DNA of 64,000 bases. Source: an uncultured Faecalibacterium sp. (GTDB taxonomy: Bacteria; Bacillota; Clostridia; Oscillospirales; Ruminococcaceae). Below are positions 46,147-55,534 of this stretch, piece by piece (position 1 is the first letter of the stretch; every line of letters starts with the position of its first letter). A program made the translations under genes and the position numbers. The notes under the pieces are model-generated. The model made no database searches. It saw nothing but the letters and a program-made list of their open reading frames with translations, and had not been told where the DNA came from. The DNA is taken from the NCBI GenBank assembly GCA_904394215.1, contig CAJFNF010000006.1:289-64288 (forward strand). Reading direction: 5' to 3'.

Positions 46147-47441
46147 TTCAGCTGTACCGTCTGGAAGACCTGACCCCTGACCAGGTACTGAACCGGGATC
46201 TGCGGGCCGAAAAAGATGTGGAGGCGGTGGTGGACGCCATCATCGCCGACGTGCGGGCCCGGGGGGACGATGCCCTGCGGGACTATGCCAAAAAGTTTGA
46301 CGGGGCCGACCTGGACGCCCTGGAAGTCACCCCTGCCGAGATGGAAGAGGCCCTGGCTGCCACCGAGCCCGACTTCCTGGAAACCCTGCGGATGGCGGCG
46401 GCCAACATTGAGGCCTTCCACCGCCGCCAGCTCCACGACAATTTTGTGATCACCGAGCAGGACGGGATCCTGCTGGGCCAGAAATACACCCCGGTGGAGC
46501 GGGCCGGCGTCTATGTGCCGGGGGGCACCGCCGCCTATCCCTCCACCGTCCTGATGGATGTGATTCCCGCCAAGGTGGCAGGGGTACCTGAAATCGTCAT
46601 GACCACCCCCGCCGGCAAAGACGGCAAGGTCAACCCGGCCATCCTGGCCGCCGCCTCGGTGGCGGGGGTCACCCGGATTTTCAAGACCGGCGGCGCCCAG
46701 GCGGTGGCGGCCCTGGCCTATGGCACCCAGAGCATCCCGGCGGTGGACAAAATCGTGGGCCCCGGCAACGTCTATGTGGCCACCGCCAAGCGGAAAGTTT
46801 ACGGCAAGGTGGGCATCGACATGATTGCCGGCCCCAGCGAGATCCTGGTGCTGGCCGACGGGGGCTGCAATCCCGCCTGGGTGGCGGCCGACCTGCTGAG
46901 CCAGGCCGAACACGACAAGCTGGCCAGCCCGGTGCTGGTGACCGACAGCGAAGAACTGGCAAAAGCAGTCCAGGCCGAGCTGGAAGTCCAGATCCCCCAG
47001 CTGCCCCGGGCGGCCATTGCCCGGGCCAGCGTGGACGACAACGGCAAGATCATTGTCTGCCAGGACCTGGCCAAAGCCATCGAGGTGTGCAACATCATCG
47101 CCCCCGAACACCTGGAAGTCTGCGTGGAAGATCCCTTCGCGGTGCTGGGCAAAATCAAGAACGCCGGCAGCATCTTCCTGGGCCGCAACGTCCCCGAGGC
47201 ACTGGGGGATTACTTCGCCGGCCCCAACCACACCCTGCCCACCAGCGGCACCGCCCGGTTCTCCAGCCCCCTGGGGGTGGACGACTTTGTCAAGCGGTCC
47301 AGCTTCATCTACTACACCCGGGAGGCCCTGGGGGCCGTGAAGGACCGGATCGCCTCCTTTGCCGAGAAGGAAGGCCTCCACGCCCATGCCCGGAGCGTCA
47401 TCATCCGGTATGAAGAGGGGGAAGGGGGCGCAGCCCGGTGA
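46143..47441 (+). CDS. hisD: histidinol dehydrogenase
   Basis: ATGA overlap. ...GVYVPGGTAAYPSTVLM...IDMIAGPSEILV...SQAEHD...APEHLE. Confidence 0.95.
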   Translation: MIQLYRLEDLTPDQVLNRDLRAEKDVEAVVDAIIADVRARGDDALRDYAKKFDGADLDALEVTPAEMEEALAATEPDFLETLRMAAANIEAFHRRQLHDNFVITEQDGILLGQKYTPVERAGVYVPGGTAAYPSTVLMDVIPAKVAGVPEIVMTTPAGKDGKVNPAILAAASVAGVTRIFKTGGAQAVAALAYGTQSIPAVDKIVGPGNVYVATAKRKVYGKVGIDMIAGPSEILVLADGGCNPAWVAADLLSQAEHDKLASPVLVTDSEELAKAVQAELEVQIPQLPRAAIARASVDDNGKIIVCQDLAKAIEVCNIIAPEHLEVCVEDPFAVLGKIKNAGSIFLGRNVPEALGDYFAGPNHTLPTSGTARFSSPLGVDDFVKRSSFIYYTREALGAVKDRIASFAEKEGLHAHARSVIIRYEEGEGGAAR

Positions 47442-48496
47442 GCCGTTTCCTGAGCCCCACCCTCAGCCACCTGGAACCCTACACCCCGGGAGAACAGCCC
47501 CAGGACCGGTCCTATGTGAAGCTGAACACCAACGAGAGCCCCTATCCGCCGGCCCCGGCGGTGCTGGAGGCCATTCAGAAAGAGACCGGCCGGCTGCAGC
47601 TTTACCCCGACCCCGCCTGTGCCGCCCTGCGGCAGAAGGCGGCGGCTTATTACGGCCTGGAGCCCGACCAGATCATGGCGGGCAACGGCAGCGACGAAAA
47701 CCTGTTTTTCGCCCTGCGGGCTTTCTGCGATGAAAAACACCCCCTGGCCCACGCCGATATCACCTATGGCTGCTACACTGTCTGGTGCGGGCTGCTCCAC
47801 ATCCCCGAGGACATCATCCCCCTGGAAGCGGACTTCAGCCTGGACCCGATACAATACCACGGCCGCAAGGAGACCATCGTCATCGCCAACCCCAACGCCC
47901 CCACCGGCCTGGCCCTGCCGCCGGAGGCCATCGGGGCCATTGCCGACGCCAACCCCGATAACGTGGTGATTGTGGACGAGGCCTATGTGGACTTTGGGGC
48001 CCAGAGCTGTGTGCCCCTGATCGCCAGCCACGACAACCTGCTGGTGGTCCAGACCTTCTCCAAGTCCCGGCAGATGGCGGGGGCCCGGCTGGGCCTCACC
48101 ATGGGCAACCGGGAACTGATCGCCGACATGGAGCGGGTCCGGTCCAGCCTCAACCCTTACAACATCAACCGGATGACCCTGGCCGCCGGCATTGCGGCCC
48201 TGGAAAGCACCGGCTACTTCAACGAAACCCGCCACCAGATCATGGAGACCCGGGCCTGGACGGCCGGGGAGCTGGCCCGGCGGGGCTTTGAACTCACCCA
48301 CAGCCAGACCAACTTCCTCTTTGCCCGCACCGACCGGATGGAGGGAGGGACCCTCTATCAGGCCCTGCGGGACAAAGGGGTGCTGGTCCGCCACTTCAGC
48401 GCCCCCCGGATTTCCGACTGGCTGCGGATTACGGTGGGCACCATGGAGCAGATGGAAACGCTGCTGAACAAACTGGACGAAATTCTGGGAGGTTGA
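47438..48496 (+). CDS. hisC: histidinol-phosphate aminotransferase
   Basis: GTGA overlap. ...KLNTNESPYPP...VVQTFSKSRQMAGARLG (PLP Lys). Confidence 0.93.
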   Translation: MSRFLSPTLSHLEPYTPGEQPQDRSYVKLNTNESPYPPAPAVLEAIQKETGRLQLYPDPACAALRQKAAAYYGLEPDQIMAGNGSDENLFFALRAFCDEKHPLAHADITYGCYTVWCGLLHIPEDIIPLEADFSLDPIQYHGRKETIVIANPNAPTGLALPPEAIGAIADANPDNVVIVDEAYVDFGAQSCVPLIASHDNLLVVQTFSKSRQMAGARLGLTMGNRELIADMERVRSSLNPYNINRMTLAAGIAALESTGYFNETRHQIMETRAWTAGELARRGFELTHSQTNFLFARTDRMEGGTLYQALRDKGVLVRHFSAPRISDWLRITVGTMEQMETLLNKLDEILGG

Positions 48497-48500
48497 CGCC

Positions 48501-49091
48501 ATGCGGGAAGTACGAGTGGAACGCAACACCACCGAGACCCAGATTGATCTGACGCTGGATCTGGACGGGGCGGGGATTTATCAGGTGGACACCGGCTGCG
48601 GCTTTTTGAACCACATGCTGGAACTGTTCGCCCGGCACGGCCGGTTTGACCTGGTGCTCACCTGCCATGGGGACGTGGAGGTGGACTACCACCACACCGC
48701 CGAGGACATCGGCATCGCCCTGGGCCAGGCCTTCCGCCAGGGGCTGGGGGATATGCGGGGTATCCAGCGCTACGGCAGCTTTTATCTGCCCATGGATGAG
48801 GCCCTGATTTTGTGCGCCGTGGACCTGTCGGGCCGGTGCACCCTGAACTGGTCGGTCCACTGCCCCACCGAAAAGGTGGGGGACTTTGATGTGGAGTGCG
48901 CCAAGGAGTTCTGGCTGGGCTTTGCCCGCAGCGTCCCCGCCACCCTCCACTTTGTCCAGTTCGCCGGAGAGAACAGCCACCACATTCTGGAGGCCTGCTA
49001 CAAGGGGGCGGCCCGGGCCCTGGCCGCCGCCGTCCGGATCGACGAATCCCACCGGGATGAAATTCCCTCAACGAAAGGACTGCTGGTATGA
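48501..49091 (+). CDS. hisB: imidazoleglycerol-phosphate dehydratase
   Basis: RNTTETQIDL...GFLNHML...HHTAEDIGIALG...NSHHILEA. Confidence 0.95.
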   Translation: MREVRVERNTTETQIDLTLDLDGAGIYQVDTGCGFLNHMLELFARHGRFDLVLTCHGDVEVDYHHTAEDIGIALGQAFRQGLGDMRGIQRYGSFYLPMDEALILCAVDLSGRCTLNWSVHCPTEKVGDFDVECAKEFWLGFARSVPATLHFVQFAGENSHHILEACYKGAARALAAAVRIDESHRDEIPSTKGLLV

Positions 49092-49696
49092 TTGCCGTGA
49101 TTGATTACGGGGTGGGCAACCTGTTCAGCCTCCGCTCCAGCCTCAAGAGCCTGGGGCTGGAGGCGGTGGTCACCGCCGACCCCGCCGTGATTCAGGCCGC
49201 TGACCGGGTGATTCTGCCGGGGGTGGGGGCTTTTGGGGACGCCATGGACAAGCTGACCGCCACCGGCCTGGTGCCGGTGGTCCAGGCCGAGGCGGCCCGC
49301 AAGCCCCTGCTGGGCATCTGCCTGGGGATGCAGCTGCTGTTTGACAAGAGCTACGAGTATGGGGAGCACCAGGGCCTGGGCCTTGTGCCCGGCACCGTCT
49401 GCCCCCTGGAACCGGACCTGGCCGACCCCGGCCTCAAGGTGCCCCAGATCGGCTGGAACGCCCTGCAGATCCTCCGGGACGACCCCCTGTTCCGGTATGT
49501 GAAAAACGGGGAATATGTCTACTACGTCCACAGCTACTATGCCAAGGACTGCGCCGCCAGCACCCTGGCGGTGAGCGATTACTCCATCCCGGTCACCGGG
49601 GTGGTGCGGTCGGGCAAGGTGTACGGCACCCAGTTCCACCCCGAAAAGAGCGGGGACACCGGGCTGCGGCTGCTGAAAGCCTTTGCAGAACTGTAA
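49088..49696 (+). CDS. hisH: imidazole glycerol phosphate synthase, glutaminase subunit
   Basis: MIAVIDYGVGNLFS...LPGVGAFG...GICLGMQLL...QFHPEKS. Confidence 0.95.
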   Translation: MIAVIDYGVGNLFSLRSSLKSLGLEAVVTADPAVIQAADRVILPGVGAFGDAMDKLTATGLVPVVQAEAARKPLLGICLGMQLLFDKSYEYGEHQGLGLVPGTVCPLEPDLADPGLKVPQIGWNALQILRDDPLFRYVKNGEYVYYVHSYYAKDCAASTLAVSDYSIPVTGVVRSGKVYGTQFHPEKSGDTGLRLLKAFAEL

Positions 49697-49720
49697 TGTG
49701 CAAGGAGAGGGAACAACACC

Positions 49721-50446
49721 ATGAAAATCTTTCCCGCCATCGACCTGCGGGGCGGCCAGGTGGTCCGCCTGACCCAGGGGGACTATGACAGAATGACGGT
49801 TTACGGCGCCGACCCTGCCGCCCAGGCGGATGCTTTCCGGCAGGCGGGGGCCAGCTGCCTCCACCTGGTGGACCTGGACGGCGCCAAGGACGGCGCCCCG
49901 GTGAATTTCGATGCCATCCGGGCCATCGCCCGGCAGGGCGGCCTGTACATCGAGGTAGGGGGCGGCATCCGCACCCAGGAACGGATCGAACAGTATCTGG
50001 ACCTGGGTGTGGGCCGCTGCATCCTGGGCAGCGTGGCCGTCACCGACTTTGACTTCACCGCCCGGATGCTGCAGACCTACAGGGACCGGCTGGCGGTGGG
50101 GGTGGACATGAAGGACGGGATGGTGGCCATCCACGGCTGGAAAGAGATCAGCGCCGTGGAAGGGCTGGACTTCTGCCGCCGGCTGTACGAGGCGGGCTGC
50201 ACCGCCGTCATCTGTACCGACATTGCCCGGGACGGCGCCATGCAGGGCACCAACCTGGAGCTGTACCGCAAGCTGCGGGCCGCCCTGCCGGGGCTGGCGG
50301 TGACGGCCAGCGGCGGCATCAGCCGGATGGAGGAACTGGAACAGCTGGACCGGATGGGGACGGCTGCCGCCATCCTGGGCAAGAGCCTTTACACCGGGGC
50401 GCTGGACCTGGCTGCCTGCGTCCGCCTGTGCGAAAAGAAAGGATAA
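49721..50446 (+). CDS. hisA: 1-(5-phosphoribosyl)-5-[(5-phosphoribosylamino)methylideneamino]imidazole-4-carboxamide isomerase
   Basis: MKIFPAIDLRGGQVVRL..GDY...LHLVDLDGA...GGGIR. Confidence 0.95.
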   Translation: MKIFPAIDLRGGQVVRLTQGDYDRMTVYGADPAAQADAFRQAGASCLHLVDLDGAKDGAPVNFDAIRAIARQGGLYIEVGGGIRTQERIEQYLDLGVGRCILGSVAVTDFDFTARMLQTYRDRLAVGVDMKDGMVAIHGWKEISAVEGLDFCRRLYEAGCTAVICTDIARDGAMQGTNLELYRKLRAALPGLAVTASGGISRMEELEQLDRMGTAAAILGKSLYTGALDLAACVRLCEKKG

Positions 50447-50451
50447 GGCCT

Positions 50452-51207
50452 ATGATTACCAAGCGGATTATCCCCTGCCTGGACGTGCGGAACGGCCGGG
50501 TGGTGAAGGGGGTCAACTTTGAGGGCATCCGGGATGTGGCCGACCCGGTGGAGATGGCCCGGATGTACAACGCCGCCGGCGCCGACGAGCTTGTGTTCTA
50601 CGACATCACCGCCAGCTATGAGGGCCGCAGCCTCTTCACCGACATCCTGACCCGGGTGGCCAGCGAGATTTTCATCCCCCTGACGGTGGGGGGCGGCATC
50701 AACACCCTGGACGACTTTGACCGGGTGCTGAAATGCGGCGCCGACAAGGTGTCGGTGAACTCGGGGGCCCTGAAGGACCCCGGCCTGATCCCGGCGGCGG
50801 CCCAGCGGTACGGCAGCCAGTGCGTGGTGCTGTCCGCCGACGTCAAGCGGGTGGACGGCCAGTTCCGGGTCTTTGCCAAGGGCGGCCGGGAAGACACCGG
50901 CCGGGACGCCCTGGAATGGATCAGCGAATGCGTGGCCAACGGCGCAGGGGAGATCTGCCTCAACAGCATCGACACCGACGGGGTCCGCCAGGGCTTTGAC
51001 CTGGAAATGCTGGACGCCGTCAGCGCCCGGGTGAATGTCCCCATCATTGCCTCGGGCGGCGCCGGCAAAAAGGAAGATTTTCTGGAGCTGTTCGGCCACA
51101 AGGGGATTGATGCCGGCCTGGCGGCTGGCATTTTCCACCAGAAACTCCTCACCATCCGGGAACTGAAAGAGTATCTCGCAAAAAATGGTGTGGAAATGCG
51201 GCTCTGA
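50452..51207 (+). CDS. hisF: imidazole glycerol phosphate synthase, cyclase subunit
   Basis: MITKRIIPCLDVRNGRVVKG...ADELVFYDITAS...SIDTDG...ASGGAG. Confidence 0.95.
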   Translation: MITKRIIPCLDVRNGRVVKGVNFEGIRDVADPVEMARMYNAAGADELVFYDITASYEGRSLFTDILTRVASEIFIPLTVGGGINTLDDFDRVLKCGADKVSVNSGALKDPGLIPAAAQRYGSQCVVLSADVKRVDGQFRVFAKGGREDTGRDALEWISECVANGAGEICLNSIDTDGVRQGFDLEMLDAVSARVNVPIIASGGAGKKEDFLELFGHKGIDAGLAAGIFHQKLLTIRELKEYLAKNGVEMRL

Positions 51208-51272
51208 CCCCTTGCATATCGGGCCGGAATAAGATAAACTGTTAGTATCCCGTTTCACGGGCAGGAGAGCGT

Positions 51273-51908
51273 ATGAAACTGAAATTTGACGACCGGGGCC
51301 TGATCCCGGCCATTGTACAGGATCACTACACCAAAGAAGTACTCACCCTGGCATACATGAATGCCGAGACCCTGGCGCTGACCATTGCCGAGGGCCGGAC
51401 GGTGTTCTGGAGCCGCAGCCGCCAGGAAATCTGGCGCAAGGGGGAGACCAGCGGCAACATCCAGCGGGTGGTGTCCATCACCGCCGACTGCGACGGCGAC
51501 GCCCTGGTGGTGGAGGTGGTCAAGAGCGGACCGGCCTGCCACACCGGCGCCGAGAGCTGTTTCTTCAATGAGGTGTATGTCAGCGACGAACTGAAGCAGT
51601 TCAGCTGGCAGGGCCTGTATCAGCTCATCAAAGGCCGCAAGACCGATCCCAAAGAGGGCAGTTATACCACCTACCTGTTTGAAAAGGGCAAGGAAAAAAT
51701 CCTCAAAAAGGTGGGCGAAGAGTGCACCGAGGTCATCATTGCCGGGGAAAAGGAGGATAAGGCCGAGACGATCTATGAGATCAGCGACCTTGCCTACCAT
51801 GTGCTGGTATTGATGGTACAGGCCGGCATCACGGTGGAAGACATCACCCGTGAGCTGGAAAAACGACACGTCATTGACCATAAGGTCAAACAGGAAAGGA
51901 TGCAGTGA
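51273..51908 (+). CDS. hisIE: bifunctional phosphoribosyl-AMP cyclohydrolase/phosphoribosyl-ATP pyrophosphatase
   Basis: GLIPAIVQD...[16 protein letters not shown]...DCDGDAL followed by [19 protein letters not shown]. Confidence 0.93.
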   Translation: MKLKFDDRGLIPAIVQDHYTKEVLTLAYMNAETLALTIAEGRTVFWSRSRQEIWRKGETSGNIQRVVSITADCDGDALVVEVVKSGPACHTGAESCFFNEVYVSDELKQFSWQGLYQLIKGRKTDPKEGSYTTYLFEKGKEKILKKVGEECTEVIIAGEKEDKAETIYEISDLAYHVLVLMVQAGITVEDITRELEKRHVIDHKVKQERMQ

Positions 51909-52741
51909 GCAAGGTTATGGCAGACTTCATGAAATCCAGCGTCCACTGCCACTCGACGCTGTGCGACGGCAAAAATACCCTGCAGGAGATGGCGTCCGCC
52001 GCCTGTGCCCAGGGCCTGACAACGCTGGGCTTCACGGGGCACAGCCATACCCCCTGCGACCGGGAATACTGCATGAGCCCCCGCCGCACCGCGGAGTACA
52101 AGGCCACCATCGCCAAGCTGAAGGCAGAGTACAAGGGCAAGGTGGATATCCTCTGCGGCATTGAGTGGGATCAGTTCTCGGACGACAAGCGCATCGGGTA
52201 CGACTACTGGATCGGCAGCGTGCATTATCTCCACGGCGCCGTCACCGGCAAATACTACGAGATCGACTTCCGCAAGCAGGACCTCCAGGACTGCATCAAC
52301 GCCGACTTCGGCGGGGATGCCCTGGCCGCTGTGGAAGCCTACTTCCGCTCGGTGGCCGAAGTGGCTGCCCTCAAGCCCGACATTCTGGGCCACATCGACC
52401 TGATCAAAAAGCTGAACCGGGACGGTTCCTTCTTCGATGAGAACTCGGACCGGTACCGCGCCGCTGCCCTGGGGGCACTGGAAGCCGCTAGGGCGGCCGA
52501 CTGCCTGCTGGAAGTGAACACCGGCGCCGTGTTCCGCGGCTACCGGGACGACTTCTATCCCGGCCCGTGGCTGCTGGGCGAGTGGAACCGGATGGGCGGC
52601 AAGGTGATCATCACCGCCGACGCCCACTCCACCGACTGCCTCACCTTCGGCTACGAGGAGGCAGCCCGCCAGGTCAAGGCGGCAGGTTTCAACAGCGTCC
52701 AGGTGCTGACCAGCGCCGGCTTTGAGACCCAGGAGATCTAA
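51905..52741 (+). CDS. hisJ: PHP-family histidinol-phosphatase
   Basis: GTGA overlap with hisIE; an alternative ATG lies at 51917. Metal motifs [17 protein letters not shown] and ITADAH are present. It is the last gene of the his operon. Confidence 0.85.
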   Translation: MSKVMADFMKSSVHCHSTLCDGKNTLQEMASAACAQGLTTLGFTGHSHTPCDREYCMSPRRTAEYKATIAKLKAEYKGKVDILCGIEWDQFSDDKRIGYDYWIGSVHYLHGAVTGKYYEIDFRKQDLQDCINADFGGDALAAVEAYFRSVAEVAALKPDILGHIDLIKKLNRDGSFFDENSDRYRAAALGALEAARAADCLLEVNTGAVFRGYRDDFYPGPWLLGEWNRMGGKVIITADAHSTDCLTFGYEEAARQVKAAGFNSVQVLTSAGFETQEI

Positions 52742-52820
52742 TCTGAGAATGTAAATTCGACGCGGCTCCCGCCCAGGCGGAAGCCGCGTCTTGGTGTGCA
52801 AAGGAGAGAACCGCAAGGCC

Positions 52821-54212
52821 ATGGAGCATACACACAGCCGGCAGGTCGACCTGATGAACGGCCCGATTTTCCGGAACCTGCTGATTTTTGCCATCCCGAT
52901 TTTTATTTCCAACCTGTTCCAGCAGCTGTACAACGCCGCCGACACCATGATCGTGGGCAACATCCTGGGGGATACCTCCCTGGCGGCGGTGGGGGCCTGC
53001 AGCTCCATCTATGAGCTGCTGGTGGGCTTTGGACTGGGCATCGGCAACGGCCTGGCCATTGTCACCGCCCGGGCCTACGGCGCCGGGGATGCAGACAAGG
53101 TGAAAAAGACGGTGGCCGGTTCCATCGTTATCGGCCTGGTGGCCTCTGCCCTCATCAGCGGGGTGGGGCTGGTATTTCTGTACCCCCTGCTGGAAGCGCT
53201 GGACACCCCGCCCGAAATCATCGCCGAGGCCTACAGCTATATTCAGCCCATCGCCCAGTATGTGGTGGTGATGTTTGTCTATAACCTCTGCGCCGCCCTG
53301 CTGCGGGCAGTGGGCAACAGCGTGATGCCCCTGGTGTTCCTGATCTTTTCTTCCTGCCTCAACGTGGTGCTGGACTACTGGTTTGTGGCGGGGCTTGGGA
53401 TGGGGGTCCGGGGCGCAGCCCTGGCCACCGTCCTGTCCCAGGCGGTGTCGGTGGTGCTGTGCATCTTTTACATTGCCAGGTGCGCCCGGCATCTGGTGCC
53501 CGGTAAAAAGCACTTTTCTGTCGGGAGAAGCCTGTACCGGGAGCTGGTGACCCAGGGCCTGTCCATGGGCCTGATGAGCAGCATTGTGTCGGCGGGCTCG
53601 GTGATCCTTCAGTACGGCATCAACAGCCTGGGCACCCTGGTGATTGCGGGCCATACCGCCGCCCGGAAGCTGTTCACCTTCACCGACATGCCGGTGATCG
53701 CCATGGCCACCGCCGGCTCCACCTTTGTGTCCCAGAACCGGGGCGCCGACAAGCCCCGGCGGATTCGCGCGGGCATGCGGCAGATCTGGCTGTTTGCGGT
53801 GGGCACCGCCGTGGTAATGACTGCCCTGATGTGGCTGTATGCCGATGGGCTGGTGGGGCTGATTTCGGGCTCCACCCAGCCGGTGGTGCTGGAAAACGGC
53901 GCCCGCTACCTGCGCTGGACCGCCCCCTTCTACTCGGTGCTGGGGGTGCTGCTGTCCACCCGGTACGCCCTCCAGAGCCTGGGCCAGAAAATCCTGCCCC
54001 TGATTTCCAGCGGCATCGAGCTGGTGGGCAAAATCCTGTTCATGCTGTTCTTCATCCCCCGGTTCGGGTACAATGCGGTGATCCTCTGCGAGCCGGTGAT
54101 CTGGTGCTTTATGTGTGCCCAGCTGGTGTGGAGTTACTGGTCGGATCCCTACATCAAAGCCAGCCGCACAGCCGCCGGCGTCAGGGAAAAGGAACACATT
54201 TTGACGAAATAA
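52821..54212 (+). CDS. MATE-family efflux transporter
   Basis: GPIFRNLLIFAIPIFISNLFQQLYNAADTMIVGN and about 12 predicted TM helices. Confidence 0.88.
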   Translation: MEHTHSRQVDLMNGPIFRNLLIFAIPIFISNLFQQLYNAADTMIVGNILGDTSLAAVGACSSIYELLVGFGLGIGNGLAIVTARAYGAGDADKVKKTVAGSIVIGLVASALISGVGLVFLYPLLEALDTPPEIIAEAYSYIQPIAQYVVVMFVYNLCAALLRAVGNSVMPLVFLIFSSCLNVVLDYWFVAGLGMGVRGAALATVLSQAVSVVLCIFYIARCARHLVPGKKHFSVGRSLYRELVTQGLSMGLMSSIVSAGSVILQYGINSLGTLVIAGHTAARKLFTFTDMPVIAMATAGSTFVSQNRGADKPRRIRAGMRQIWLFAVGTAVVMTALMWLYADGLVGLISGSTQPVVLENGARYLRWTAPFYSVLGVLLSTRYALQSLGQKILPLISSGIELVGKILFMLFFIPRFGYNAVILCEPVIWCFMCAQLVWSYWSDPYIKASRTAAGVREKEHILTK

Positions 54213-54227
54213 AATGTGCCGAATGCG

Positions 54228-54256
54228 TTGACAACCCGTAAAAAGTGTGTTATGAT
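54228..54256 (+). promoter_or_regulatory. near-consensus sigma-A promoter with no ORF behind it
   Basis: TTGACA (54228-54233), a 17-nt spacer, then TATGAT (54251-54256). Confidence 0.65.
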
Positions 54257-54262
54257 GACTGC

Positions 54263-54421
54263 ACAATGCAGCTGAAACAGGAAAAATCCTTTCCTTTCTT
54301 TTGCTGACAGGCGCCCAAATGCACATTTGATTTCGGATCTGCAGCTGCAGGGCGTATTTTGATTGCTTTCAACGGACCCTTATGATATACCCCCGGCGGC
54401 TTGTCCGCCGGGGGCTTTCTT
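54263..54421 (+). ncRNA. candidate small RNA 1 (~160 nt, promoter-to-terminator unit)
   Basis: Starts ~7 nt after the -10 box and ends at terminator CCCCCGGCGG-CTTGT-CCGCCGGGGG (54390-54414) followed by CTTTCTT. No RBS-preceded ORF. Internal 8-bp pairing TGCAGCTG (54267-54274) with CAGCTGCA (54342-54349). CU-rich tract at 54288-54302. Confidence 0.4.
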
Positions 54422-54490
54422 GTGCCGGAGCGCGGTTGTCAGAACAAGATACCATCTGTGACAACAAATCGACCGGTTATGACAATTTCG

Positions 54491-54519
54491 TGGACGAAGT
54501 CCCCGCAAGATGCTATAGT
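54491..54519 (+). promoter_or_regulatory. putative extended -10 promoter
   Basis: TGGACG (54491-54496), a 17-nt spacer ending in TGC, then TATAGT (54514-54519). Confidence 0.4.
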
Positions 54520-54525
54520 AGAACC

Positions 54526-54648
54526 AAGCAAAAACCATTGGATGGTTTTGCGGACCCTTCCTATGCAGGCAGACTTGCCACAGAGTGGTTCCTGTTTTGG
54601 CCAGTCTCCCAGCCCCCCGGCAGCCATGGCTGCCGGGGGGTTGTTTTT
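54526..54648 (+). ncRNA. candidate small RNA 2 (~120 nt)
   Basis: Hairpin GCAAAAACCAT-TGG-ATGGTTTTGC, then the 28-nt palindromic terminator CCCCCCGGCAGCCATGGCTGCCGGGGGG (54613-54640) followed by TTGTTTTT. No credible ORF. Confidence 0.35.
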
Positions 54649-54691
54649 GAAAATGATTTCCTGGATCTTTGTGCATTGTGAAATGGAGTTG

Positions 54692-54720
54692 TTGACAAGG
54701 AAGGCACTATATGGTAATCT
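54692..54720 (+). promoter_or_regulatory. putative promoter of the 54813 lipoprotein gene
   Basis: TTGACA (54692-54697), a 17-nt spacer ending in TGG, then TAATCT (54715-54720). Confidence 0.55.
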
Positions 54721-54812
54721 TAAACCAGAATAGGACCAGAAAATGGAAACAAAACTGTGCTGGTCCCGCCGAAAAACGGAAATATATGCCATAAGAAACG
54801 AGGTGCACAAGG

Positions 54813-55430
54813 ATGAAGATCAAACGATGGATAGCCCTGGTCCTGACAGCGGTGATGGCTGTCAGTGTCCTGACCGCCTGCGGCGGCAGCAGTGGTGCCA
54901 GCGGGTATCTGAGCAACAATGAAGTGAATGCCCTGCTGGACACGGCTGGCAGTGATGTCCAGGTGGTCAATAACAGCACCCTGAACAATGCAGTCCGGAA
55001 TGCAGCCGCGGAAGTGGCGTCCAGTGGTTCCACCAGCTCGGTGGACAAGAGCGTCCGGAACGCCATGAGCTGGAAGGCCAGCGATATCTTCGGCAACCTG
55101 TGGAATCAGATTCTGGGCAGCCTGGGCATCATTGGACCCAATATCAAGGTGGGCGTGACTGCAGTTGTGACAGAAGAGAACCTGAAGAGCAATACCGGCG
55201 CCGGTGGAATCGCCAACGTGGGCGGCAATACCACTGCCATTGCTCCCATCAATACCCCGGAGAAGTTTGCAGCCGCCATGGTTCTGGGCGCAGACAACAG
55301 CCTCGGCTGGCTGTCTGACGTCAGCGAGAACCGGGTTCGGACGACTTACAGCGTGGCTGGCAGCAAGGCCAAGACAGCAGACGGCACAGTCTATTGGGTC
55401 TTTGCCATGCAGGTTCAGATCGCCTCTTAA
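54813..55430 (+). CDS. lipoprotein of unknown function
   Basis: MKIKRWIALVLTAVMAVSVLTACGGSS (lipobox). RBS GAGGTG is present and a terminator lies downstream. I recognise no family. Confidence 0.7.
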   Translation: MKIKRWIALVLTAVMAVSVLTACGGSSGASGYLSNNEVNALLDTAGSDVQVVNNSTLNNAVRNAAAEVASSGSTSSVDKSVRNAMSWKASDIFGNLWNQILGSLGIIGPNIKVGVTAVVTEENLKSNTGAGGIANVGGNTTAIAPINTPEKFAAAMVLGADNSLGWLSDVSENRVRTTYSVAGSKAKTADGTVYWVFAMQVQIAS

Positions 55431-55441
55431 GGTTACAGGAA

Positions 55442-55470
55442 GGTCCCCGGCTCTGCCGGGGGCCTTTTTG
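55442..55470 (+). terminator. rho-independent terminator
   Basis: GGTCCCCGG-CTCTG-CCGGGGGCC followed by TTTTT. Confidence 0.75.
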
Positions 55471-55475
55471 CGGGC

Positions 55476-55520
55476 AAAAAAAGACCGCGGCTGCTGAGAG
55501 GGGAAAGCAGTCCGCGGTCG
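55476..55520 (-). terminator. rho-independent terminator of the 55535-56170 gene
   Basis: Hairpin GACCGCGG...CCGCGGTC, with a T-run on the minus strand (plus-strand AAAAAAA at 55476-55482). Confidence 0.6.
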
Positions 55521-55534
55521 GGGTGAGGTCAAAG

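Noticed and set aside
54380-54810. Four overlapping 98-123-aa ORFs on both strands in the MATE-lipoprotein spacer
   Set aside because: None has a Shine-Dalgarno sequence. They traverse two strong intrinsic terminators, and their translations are low-complexity or Cys/Trp-rich nonsense. The locus is better explained as non-coding.
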